Shown here: positions 1-12,300 of the stretch, piece after piece
How positions within the stretch are numbered: position 1 is the stretch's first letter
Layout: the number at the start of each line of letters is the position of its first letter
Assembly: GCA_965637545.1 (NCBI GenBank)
Contig: OZ281495.1
Coordinates: 13,454,001-13,518,000 of the forward strand
Reading direction: 5' to 3'
Length of the DNA stretch: 64,000 nucleotides
Origin: Phallusia mammillata
Lineage: Eukaryota
The notes under the pieces: model-generated
Database searches by the model: none
What the model was told of the DNA's origin: nothing
The model's input: the letters and a program-made list of their open reading frames with translations, nothing else
Position numbers and translations under genes: made by a program

Positions 1-384
1 TTAAAGCGTTGGGGTAATGGCATTTTTCTTTTGAAGTAAACTGTCCGAATGGCCGATTGAAAGGCAATTAATTTGTGACACACGGCGTCTGTATGTGTCG
101 AAGAGCGACAGTGATTGCGGCGATTGCCAAAAATTGGTAAATAATTTGGCTCGCAGTGTAAACGTAACATAAGCATAAGCAAAAGGACCAATAACCCACA
201 AAACGTGGACAATAAATTATTTAGAAATTCCTGAAAAGCTGTCACTGTACCTTAGGCTTCGAATGCAAAGACGAACAAAAAAATGTATTAGTTTGCTGTC
301 TACGACTAGGGTTGGCAAGCTTGTGAATTGGCTGGTCAAATACCCAACCTTACATATGACAACTCACAGCGTTTCTGGTCTTAC

Positions 385-1237
385 CTGATTGGAATGCCGT
401 GCGCGGCTCTTGGCTCCGCCATGTGAAACAACAGCAGGAAAAGAGCAAATTTAGCAGGAAAACCTGACAACACATTAAGCAGCGAGAAGCCACCCACAAA
501 CCCCTTTATGCGGTGGGTCCTGGCGGGCAAACGGCGCCTGGATTGGCCCGCTTGCGGTAATTTGATGGCGTTATTCAGGAAGTCGATTGTTTCCAGGTCG
601 CGGCTTTGCGTAGTGTCCTTGCAGGAACGTGCTCGTTGCCCAGTTACAAGCTGCGAAGTAACTACGTTGCCTTTATATAGGCTCCGCGTTTTTGCGGCTG
701 GGTAATGGCGACAACCAATGCGGCATTGTATTCTTTCACTGTTGAGTGGCAATGCCCCCGATTCCTCCCTTGAAGTCCTTGCTTCGACGGTCAATCCTGT
801 CGGCCGACAGGCCTCTATGGTTGAAGTGCAGTCGATGGGCCTTGAGTGGTGCTCAGGCGACGTGTGCTCCTTGTTCAAGTGACTTTGAGCTTCCCTTTTA
901 AGAGCAGTCGACTTTGTTACCAGAGTACTTGCGACCGGTTGATGCCAACACGGTTGTGACAACGCTTTAGGATTAGCCAAGTAACCGCGAGGCGTCCTGA
1001 TTTTGTGCGGTGGGCTCCAGTGGCAAACCGCATGGGATCCGTCGGACTCCGACTGTTTAACCGCCTGGCGTTTTAGGGTGGGCAACAGCGGCTCTTGGCA
1101 TCTTGACTCGCATATATTTGCGGGTTGGTTTGGAGGTTTGCCGCATTGGCATTCAGTGCAGACGATAAAATTTTGCGTGGGCAGGACGCAATCTTGTGAG
1201 TCCGCAATTTGAAGTTGCATTGCGCGGAGTAGAGAAT
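385..1237 (-). CDS. Internal coding exon (853 nt) of an unidentified gene continuing beyond the window start; low-complexity region ending in a hydrophobic segment
   Basis: The only long ORF here (279 aa, 381-1220) lies in GC-rich sequence. It is bounded by an acceptor ttaaattag|AT at 1237 (phase 1) and a strong donor ATCAG|gtaaga at 385 (phase 2); the ORF stop TAA is part of that donor. No recognisable domain. Confidence 0.65.
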
Positions 1238-4200
1238 CTAATTTAAGACATAACTAACTTTGTAAACCACATGATGACTTGAAGAAACACAAATACATAG
1301 AATTGTTAACTCTTTTCGTCTAATTGTCAGACAATAGTACGTGGTATACGTGGAAAACAGTAGCAGTCTTTCTGCAAATTTCCCAGCAAGACTCTTGCCT
1401 CAAAACACAAAGTCTATCGCGCGTTCTATAAATTTGCAGAAGTCATCATGAAATGCTAATCAAATCACAGCACTTTAAAGCTTATCCCTGTTTGCAAAAC
1501 TGCAACAAAAACACACCTAAAACTGACCCCAAATCTCCCCTCCCCTCACTGTAGGTTGGTCGGATAAAAACCTGAAACTATTTGTATCCTCGGTCCCAGG
1601 GTATGTTGTTAATCCCCTGACGCCCTGTAACAAGCTGAGCGACACGGGTAAGGTGTAACAAATTACGAGAAGGGCTATCAGTCGTTTGGTTCGAAACTGG
1701 ACACTGTTTTTCAAGATTCCTAAGCAAACGTGGGTGTGCATTTCGGCAGTGGCCACTTATAGCTAACTGCTGACGACTAACGTACTCCAATGCCCTAGTG
1801 GTTGCACCTGATGCTAAGATGCTTAAAATGTATCAGATTGCCCGCTTTTGTGTTACGTTAGGTATGTGAGGAAACAACATTGCAAAACATACTGCATCGT
1901 ATCAAGAAACAACATATAGAACACAGAATAATAATTAAATGTAAAATAGTTTTGCCTATAATGCGATTGCACGCATACGCAGATATATCTCGCCCAGTTT
2001 TATCATTTGCTTAAAAAACATAACTTGGCTACTTTGCAACAAAACCGACACAAACACTACAACTGTACACACAATGTATCAGTACACAACCTCTCACTGT
2101 GAACAGAATCAAAGTCAAGGGCACTTAGGCACCTGTTAAGAGGCGAGCGGTTGAACAATTAGCACATTGCCCTCATCAATGTCTGCCATTGTCACATTAC
2201 TCAGCTGCTGCCAGGCTCGGTCGTGGGTGATCAATACTTAACAGCACTCAGCCGAACGTGCCCCAACCGGGTTTCTCACCCCGGACACCCATGAGGTAAG
2301 ACCCCCGCTTGCGGCTAAGGTCACGTATTTTTAAAATGTACCCCCACCCCATGTTTTGTAGACCCCGAATCCCGACCTGATGGAACGAAAAGCAACCACA
2401 ATGGACGTTGACGCACGCTGTCAGAGAGGATTGGCAAACGTTCTAAATTGGTTCGCTTTCTTGACTTTTCCGGTGCCTGACAACAGCAATAAAGCGCATC
2501 TAACTTTCACACGCTTTTCCCGAAATTTTCACCACGACTTTTGTGCAAAAAAATAAAATACGTTTGTTTTATTTTAAATAACGACAATGAGAAAATAGGC
2601 CAAACAAACTTATTTTCCATTTTTCTGGAACCTTCCAAACTAAAAACGCTACATATTTTTTCAAATCTAAAAAGAACCTTGTGCAAACCAAAAATAAACA
2701 GAGCGTTCGTGGGCCCTTGTCAGGCCTACACAACAAAGGGCAAACGCCCTATTTAAGTGGAATTCAACTCAAACTGTCGGATGCAAGCGATTTAACAGAC
2801 AACGGAAAGAAGTCATGCATGACGCAACTGGTTGTGGAAACTATTTCAAGTATCGTTGGGGAAATCAGAAAATCGCTCTTTTGAAACGACCCCGTATAAT
2901 TTGTTTACAGCAAGCGGCTCTTTGGTGTTTTCTGAGGTTCAACAATACAACAGACTCAATACATTCGGCCGAAGAAGCTTTGCAAGCCTTATTAAGTACA
3001 GACTTTAAACATCTACTTTATTTACGAAGCGTGGTTTTCAACAAGATTCGTTCAGTGAAGCGTTTTGTTTTGTTACTAAGCATGCAAAACAAAATTCGTT
3101 AAAATATATTTTTAAAAGTAAGTGTTACCATGAAGTTAGTGAAATTTGTAACCCAAATGTCAAAAATTTAAGAGAAGTGTAAAAAAAAAGTACTACGATC
3201 ATGTGTACAAAATTTTCACACTTTCTTATGTAATGAAATTTGGTTTGTAAGGCTGCCTGTTACTTTCTTACACCAGGCAATACGACTTCTAGAACAGGGC
3301 ATCTAAAGTTACGTAGTTGTGAACACGACAGCCATCTGTTTTGGTTTCCTAAGGTATCACTTTATGCAACCACCGCGGCATTCAACAGCTGCTTTAAACG
3401 GTGTTTGGCCCCGCAAACGAGCGATGAAAGATGGACATAGTTCACGTGGGAATAAGAAAAAGAAATCGGTCTCTTTCTCAATCGGCATAACACAACTAAG
3501 ACAGGCATAATCGAAAGGGGAAGAGAAGGCTTTTCTTTGACAGGTTATTACTTAAAAATTATCCTCGCTAATACTCATTACCACCGCAGAAATGTATTTG
3601 TTTATGCAGCTAATAGCCTGTTCGACAGCCATGGGCGATAATCTGAGAGTAAAAATTGCTTACCATTTTTAGGAATTTTAAAAACCATTGACTGCATAAT
3701 TCAGAAATTCAAAGGCGAAGCTAAAGCCTGGATTCGTATGATCGTAAACTGTTCAAGAGGCTCTTTGTACTTCACCCCAAAGAAAATAAACTGATCGCAA
3801 GGCAGTTTGCTCACGCGCGGACCATGATCAAAATCAACATCTCTTGTAGGGATGACTGACGCACTTTTACAGAAAGCGAAGTCGGCACGAACTTCAGAGC
3901 GCCTTGTGAAATATCATGTACAAACGCGACGGGATCCGACAAGGCGGATCGCGGCCCATTGTTATGTCACACTTGAACGTGATGCCGACAATGCGCGGCA
4001 TTATGAGGAACTCTGCGGCTCGGAAGTCGCATTTATCTTCACACGCGCGAGTCCCGCAGATTTTGGAACTCAAACAGACAACGCGAGTGCGGAACTGTTG
4101 ACGTTAAAGCGACTCACTTTGCGGATGCATGAGGATAAGGGTTTTCGGCTCATTTCAAAGCAGAGCTTCTAATGCTTACATGGGTTTAGCGTTTATTTGC

Positions 4201-6219
4201 TTATGGCTTTATGACTGTTTTGAACAGATTATTCACGATTTCACCCTAACCTCCACCCTGTCAATTGGTTAGAATGATAAATAGATGTTTCAACCATTTA
4301 AGCATCATTTTTTCTCTTTCTATTATGTCCTATCAGATTCTGACTTTCTACCATTTGCATTTAAAGTTCGCGTTAAAGTTCCTAACACCACAAGGCAAAA
4401 TTTCAATTCAAACAGCTACTGATCTCTCAAACACATCGGCTATTGACCACAGACATTGTTAACGGTCTTAACGAAGCGCGGCTAAACCCTGGCGTTAGTT
4501 ATATGAGAAAGGCTGAACAAACCTCACATTCAAAACGTAATGCTAATTTGGCGGGTTAACCTGAGCGGACCCCGAACGCAATCGCTTATGACCAATTTGG
4601 TTCATGGTTGGGATCTTATAAAGAAGGGGACGTGTGAGGAGAAGTAGGTTGTTGCGTGAACGGCTTACGTCAGTACATTACCTATACGATACATCTTTCA
4701 CAGTACGTAAGATCCCCTACAAAATAAAAAGTGGGCAAATTGTAACCAAAACGGCAGCATTATTAATGCAGCTTTTGAAAGTTTAGACGAAAGTTTAAGA
4801 AGTTAATTATATTGTTTTCTCTAACGCTATTTACATTTAAAATTAAAATTATAAACCATAAAAGCAAAACAACGGGGTTGTTGCAGCATTCCTTAACGTC
4901 ACGGCTCACTAACGTAAATTTCGATTTGACCTGTTGTTTCCCAATGACCCCCAGCGCCTGTAACCAGCAAAAGTGACGGCACGGGCTGCTTTGTTTGACA
5001 AACCTTCCACAAAAAGCGTGAAATTAGTGAAAACAACCTTGGGGCGCCGAACAAAGGCGTCGTTCTGTAACGGGGGTGGAAAAATACCACACGGGGTCCT
5101 GTTGACTCACGTGACCCGTTTTGTGTAACCCGATTGGATGAGAAGCAAACGCGCTGCTAAAGAACTACATCAGGCACGAATAGTTTATTCTCGTACAATG
5201 GGGGTATTGTTGGGAGGATGGCGACAAGGCAAGTTAACTGCAGCACTGTTTGTTGACCATTACGGGCCCCTGCGCTAAACAGGCAATTGAAATTTTTAAG
5301 TGGCCGTGCTTCCGAGAAGAGTGGAGCTGATTGTATCCCAGATGGAACAGTGAAGACTATTGCGTGAAGACCAAGGGCATTACGTGAAACTTTTAAATGT
5401 TTCGGAATCCGGTTTTTAGAGTTTAAGAAACCATTTAAGAAATGCCACAACTTTTAAACAACAAGCCTTCCAAACAAAACAAATGGTTGATCACAAGATT
5501 TTTTTGATGAAATTTTAGAGCAAATAGGCCCACTCCTCTCGTTACCACCCGCTTATATGATCAAAGCTTCAGTAATCTGCCTTTTTTTCAATTCTTCCTA
5601 AAGCGCACCGCCTGTCATTAAAAACTCTGACATACTCGTTACTCATTTCACAGATTAAAACAATATCAAAGCAACATTTTGTACCACAAGTGTTTGCTTC
5701 CTCACGCCACGACAAAAGACCTCGTGTCAAAACTATGTTTAGTTCGTCAATATAAGCTCAAGGTTTCTACTGATAAGGGAGATGGCGCCACAAAGCGACA
5801 ATTGTGCTTTAGTTTGCTCCCGTAGTCTCCATGACGTTGTGCACGGCGGTTTGAAAGATATATGGCAAGTGGGCTGGTTACCTGCGTCAAAACCTGTTTT
5901 ACTTTTGGTTTTATGTTGACCCAGTGGTCACGAATTAATTAGGGGTCGTTGACCTCTGAAGAGGACAAAAATTTTCGAGAAAAGTGTTGCATCAGCAAAG
6001 TTGCACCAAACACAGTTTTACAAAACACGCATCCCATTGATTAACTCCGTTATTCGTGAAAATTAATTCGAATCTCCATTAAAAAATAATTTTGTCGTAG
6101 TTGGGAAAAGGTAACTATTTACTTCCGATGTAAAAACTAATGCCATATTACATATTCAAAACAAAAGTTTTGCAAGGGCATAATATGAGCAACCAACGAC
6201 GCCACCAAATATTTTCGTC

Positions 6220-6323
6220 AAATTACGTAACCACTTACTATTTGCCCGAGTGTGAAAATTACGTAACCACTTACTATTTGCCCGAGTGTGAAAATTACGT
6301 AACCACTTACTTTATTTGCCCAA
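6220..6323. repeat. 36-bp tandem repeat, ~2.8 copies (aaattacgtaaccacttactatttgcccgagtgtga)
   Basis: Units start at 6220, 6256 and 6292; the first two are identical and the third is partial. This explains the ENYVTTYYLPEC repeat in the ORF track. Confidence 0.95.
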
Positions 6324-9300
6324 GTTTTATTGCCCCATGGTTATCTTTCACAGCTTGGACACATTTTCTCACTAAGACTGTCGACGAGAAACGAACCCTA
6401 ACCTGAACACTAGCTGTGAACAGAAAATGGCAAAGAACGATGACGGACAACTACAAGGAAAGGTTTAAGTGACTGGTGGTGAGCCGGCAAACCGCAAACT
6501 AAATAGGCGTTGGACATATTGTCAACTATATATGACTCTTTAGGATTGACAGGGGTCAAATCAAACTACCCATTGCAATTTACCCAGCCATCTTCGCTCA
6601 CGCAGCGGTCTAGTGCGATTGAGAGGGTTAGTGGGTTACGCTGGGTAAGTTTTCGAGTCTACATGAGGTATTGACAAGCTCGCAGCCGTTTTACTAGGAA
6701 GACGTCGGTTTTGGGCAAAACATATCCATTACAGGCAAAACAGGAGGTCGGTTAAAGTAATTGCAGCCTTGCTCTTAAAGGGGCTTTAACTTTGTGTTTT
6801 GCCACTGGGAAATACAAATTTGAATTCCGGTGGGTTGTTGGTTAATTCGTAAGAGTTGTTTACAAGTAACTTTAAACCGAACTTTCATTTTAAAGCCTTA
6901 AACTAATGGGTTTGCGGCACGACGATTTTGGCATTACAGGGTTAAAAACAAAATAACTTGCATACAAGCATGATCAATGGAAAATTCCTAAAACCATATG
7001 TATTTACGAGACTTGCTTCTGATAAATGTTTGTAAATACGTGCCTAACCTTGACATTTCCGGCAACTAGTAAAAACCAAACACCTCTCTGTATGTCTCCT
7101 TTTACCTTAACTTTCCTTCTCAAAGGGCAACAGAACAAAACCCAACACACCAAAAAGAAAACACTGTGATAGGCTCTTTGGCCATACCTATAACCAGGAC
7201 CACCAGCATTTCACATAACGACCTAGTATAAAAAATTAGAAAATCACACACGTAAATCTAACGTTGCAATTATGGGATTTTTCCCCTCACTCGCTGCATA
7301 CTATAACTAGCCAAATATTATTAACGTTTCAAGGTATGTGCTATTGGCGCTTGCTCTTTTTCAGGTAATGATTTCCTCCGACACCGCCAATCCGATACTT
7401 AACTTGGCTGAAAGTCGCCGGCAACATGGATGATGAATACAATTACGGTCTGAGCTTAGGACGGCACCCACTTATGAGTTGTAAGAACTATGCCGCGACG
7501 CCCCGCCACACCTGCTATTAGTGTGTGCATTCAGGCGAGAACTGTCCGAATATTTCATTAAAATTGTCCCAAAACCGACTAGTTTAGGCTGTTTTTTGGA
7601 CAGAGGTCAATCAAGGACGCAAAATCGGTAATTTTTGGGCGATGTGTGCTGAACACAGATAATGGAACCTGGTAGGTGACAATTGTAAAATTTTTAAGTC
7701 GTTATCGCGCCTTCTCACATGTTTGCTGTGTAATGTGGGTTGAATTGCGTCACTTTGCAATGCTGTGCAATGTAAATGTCGACAAAGTAAAATAATCACT
7801 TAAAACTTTTATTGAGCTTTGTTATAGGAAAATGCAAAATTTCACCACACAGTCTTGTTCTGCATCTCTACAGTAATTACCACATTCTAGCAAGTTACGA
7901 AACACTAAACAATAAATTCCGCAAAGACAAAGTCACTTCCCTAGTAACGATTGACAATCTTGTTTTCACAAGCTAATAGTAATTCGATTTGGACTTTTGT
8001 GGGGCGTAGGCGCATTGCGCTGCCACAGCCTTTCTGAGGCCAGCCAAGTGCGCAACAGTCATCATTGAGGCTACAAATGCACACCCGGCAACATAAACTA
8101 CGAGCGACCGCCAACATACAGCTGTGTGGCCCGGTAAACATTGACATACTGCCTGGTATTGGCTTGTAAAGTAAAGCGCTCCGTGCATGCAATCAAGCAT
8201 TTGAACACAACTCAAACATTTTAACTGCTAAAAACGGCGCCACATTAACCTAGGCACCAAACTAGCACGCCGTTGCATTTTCGCATTGTTATTGCACGTT
8301 GTTAAATAAAAAATGCTACTATTTCTTAAAACTGCTCACACCCATTAGCCACACGCTTTTGGACACCCAACACCACGCAAACACTAGAAAGTGGTTTTTA
8401 AAGTCCCCCGGGAAAACGCACCCGACCTTGTTCTCCCGACTGATAGAAATTTTACTCTAGCGCGCTCCCAATGTCAAACGATTGACGTTTTCATACGACG
8501 ATGCCAAACGATGTCCAATGTATGTTTGTTATCGTGGGTAGAGCGTTGCGACACTTGTGCAAACAGAGAATGGATTTTGAATTGACAAGATTTACGTTTG
8601 TGACAATGCTGTTTTTAAGGTATTCTTCTCACCAATATTGTACTATAATATATCACTGAACTATAGTTCTGACCCTATAAGTTAGTCCCTATAGGGAATA
8701 GGGGATTGTTCCTTTGCCAAAAAACTGTCACACCGCAACAAACAATACATACAAACACAATTTCTACAAACCAAGGCGCACAAAAATAGTCACCCCTTAT
8801 CATCTGTAATTAAGTCTTCATAAATAAAGAAAAAACGTCTGTAATGTCTAAGCACTACACTTCGGACCTCTTCTTTACTCTTTCTGCCCGTACAGACACT
8901 TAAAATAAATATGTTCTTGATCCATACGAGTAACTTGCTGTACTTTCTTGCTGGCTGGTGCATTGACAACCGCACGCCGGCATATTGGCAGTTCCAATGC
9001 GACCTGCCGGTTGATATAGGATCAAGCGACAGGCAACTGCGTACGGCCAGGACTCACCTTTTTCCCGACGAGCAAACATTATAAAGGCCGCTTGCGAAGA
9101 AGTTACCGACAGAAGGGCAAACACTCTTAAAACATCAAGCGACCATTGGCACAAAACTCTCAGTTTTGCGGGCCGCTGAGAAACTTTGATATCGACAAAC
9201 TCAAGGTGCTATAGACATATGCGTTCGCACTGTGTATTATACAATTGCGGGCGGTAGTCTATTGTGTTTAAGAGGAAGTGGCTTACAAAGCTCCAGTATT

Positions 9301-12300
9301 GAAACAAGGTACCAGTACCCAACGCTAGTGTCAAGTGTGCTAGGTCATTTGCTTTGGATCAGAAGTTTTTATGGGCACATACACGTTGCTTGGGTTATTA
9401 CACGGTTAATGGTAAGAAGAAAAGGCCTATAGGAAGAAGCATCGAGATTTTGCTATGTTGGTCTCTCAACATATACCTTCCCCGAAAACGAGGGACATCA
9501 CGGCAGAAGTTGTTTCATTGCCACACAGAAAATTTTACCTAATCTAAATCTGCAACCACATAAATAATAGGCATTAATTACCAGTGCAACCAGTTTTCAA
9601 GCTACTTCAGCTCCACCGCATCAATTGACAGCTGAAAACATTGCCGCGTCTTACAGGTGAAGTTATCAGCGCGGGAAATTTGTGTTTCTTTTTCTCCGTT
9701 GCGGCGACGCAAACGGCTTCCGAATGCGATAGCTGACGTAATTGGACGGTCTGCTCGTGTGTAGTTGAAGTCACTCCAGTCTCAAGTGGCGAGTCGGGAG
9801 TTTCACATCAGCAGGACCGGAAACTGGTAGTATACAGTCCGGTGGAGGCAATCTTCCGCAACATCTTTACATTTTTCGAATTTTTAGTCATAAATTTGCA
9901 ATCCTGTTCTAAAGCGCTTTAGCCTTCGCTGCAAGTTCGTCTTCATCAAAGGTCAATTTATCCACTACTTTTGTATGAGTCTTTTGTATATAACGCCATG
10001 TCCTAAGATGAATGGTTCTTCATCTAAAATGTATTCATCATTTATTATCTCATCCGGTGTGGTGAGTCTGGTTAAGGTTGCTAAAGTTCAGTTGTTGACT
10101 TGGTAGGAACAAGTCGTGGGAATGTTGTTTAAACATGCTAATGATTCATCAGTGGTATGCAATTGTAATAAGGTCGTAGCCAGAACAAACGCCGGTCACA
10201 CTGTCGAAACATACTTTCTCCTGCTGCAGTATTCGAGTTATAGCTCGGAAATTCGGAGATGTAGCCCAACAATAATACGTTTAAAGTTATTTCTCTAAAT
10301 ATCAATTTACATTCCTAACATGATTATGGTTATATTATTAGCAAAAACCTAATTACCAGAATTGTTGTGTCAATGGGGAAAATTTCACTCGTGCGATCCA
10401 TCATAAGGAAGCAACAACAACAACAAATCCTATCCCGGTTTTCTCCGCTTGACAAAATGCTTGCAATGCTACATCCCATACTTCGAAAGATTTAAATTGG
10501 CTTTTAACTAAAATTACCGCCAATGATCAAACTTGACAAGTAATATTGACGTCAAAGGCGATGTCTGGTGCAAAGTCAAAGTTTTGTTGACTAGAAAAAT
10601 ATTAGTGATAAAAAGGGAGTGGTAATCAAGTTGCACTCGGCCTAAGGTAGGGCACATGCACTTGACTACTGATGACTTAGATCATAGAAGGGGGCAAGAG
10701 CCCCTGCTTTTGTGTTGGCGGAACAAGTGCTCGCCAAGATGGGTCCTTGCAACCAGCTCGATTGATGTCTGTCTACTCAAGTCAGGGGGATTTGCCTATA
10801 AGGAAGAGAATTACGTATGAAGAGCGTTTCTCGTAACATCACTAATTAATTGATGCCGTTGACTGACTGTTCACGCTACAGATATAAACTATTGCCTGGT
10901 AGAATAAACAAGGTTGTTTCCCAACGGAAATTTATGGACACAAGCAGAAATCCCTATAGCCTACTTGTTAATTTTTTCACCCTTATTATTTTTATACATT
11001 GGTGTCCCGACGTAATGAAAAAGAATCACATCTAATGTTTGGCAAACATTCCAACAACAGAGGACTTAACAGCATCAAGGCATTCAGCACTAAAAAAACA
11101 GAAAAACACAAAAAGGGGGCCTGACTACCTTAGTAGGTCTAGGGTATTTGGACACGAAATGCAACACTCAATTGACGGCCATTTTAGGGCATCTTAGCTC
11201 AATTTGCCCGACAGGTCTTTGGCAGTGGCACTAGGAACTTGCATGGGCCGCAAAGCAATGTAGCACGACTCCTCGCTAAAATTCATATGAAAGAGGGCTG
11301 TAAGCAGCAATAGTTGCACTTGCCATTTGCGGTCAAATTGTCAACCTGTAAAGCGATCGCGTGGTCGATTGGCTGAGAGCAAACAGATAAATCGATTGAA
11401 ATCTTTACGATCGTTTGCCTTTCCCGAAATCGCGCCCCACGCGAACTAACCCACCTTGCTTTGACAGCGTCGGCCTTAAGAGCAAGCTGTTCGAAAGTCA
11501 ATACGGAAACAAACCGCACCGTCGCAAACCAAAATCGAGGCAGTTTACTGCTGCGGAGTGCGAAACGTTTTGAACTTTGACTCCAGCTGTTGCGTGCAGG
11601 GGGGCGGCAAACCCGTAAATCATGAGTTCGCTGCGGGGAATCGCTACGCATCGGCCGGTGGAAATTTAAAAGTTTTCCCCTTACAGGAAGCCAGCTCACG
11701 CGTTGGTCTGACTTTGCAAATACGCGTGTAATTCAACTACAGTTTATTGAAGTTCATGATCCTTGGGACCGAATTAACTGATGTCGCCATTCTCACAAGG
11801 ACCGATATAGCGTTTTTTTAACGGGGGCAATTTTTTTTCCTGTTGTTATGAAACATTTGTCCCAAAACCTGGAGGTGTGCAGAATTATATCTGCCACTTC
11901 TAGCCGGAAAAATGTGTTGCTTAGATTTTTCATTTTAGCACAAAATTTACATTTTAGAATTTATATGCAAATTGTGTAAATAATCTCTGTAGCGCAAACT
12001 GATAATTTGCAAAGAGCATAATGTAGAATATTTGAACATCAAATTGTTGTTTAGCGCAGGGGTACAACAGTAGCAACGAGTTACAGTAAATTGGTGACTG
12101 CGTCGGCCGTTGTCTATAACAATTGTTGTGGACCTAGGTCCCAGCGCAATGCAATCTCTCAAACAATTGGGTCAGACTTTATTTATTCTCGGGCCGTGCT
12201 ATTGCCTGTCGCACACTGCTTGCTCAAGAGCCCAATCGGATTTTAACCATGCATTGTCGAGGCAGCGATATTTGTCTTTCACAGCCAAGTGGGTCCGCTG

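Noticed and set aside
7525-7541. 17-mer gtgcattcaggcgagaa also found at 40771-40787
   Set aside because: The flanks do not align, and one shared 17-mer in 64 kb has roughly a 0.1-0.25 chance expectation.
9575-10260. Several protein-like minus-strand frame fragments (e.g. TWRYIQKTHTKVVDKLTFDEDELAAKAKAL*)
   Set aside because: Broken by stops and frameshifts with no recognisable family. It has the right phase to end ADAMTSL but is 13.5 kb away and lacks TSR cysteines.
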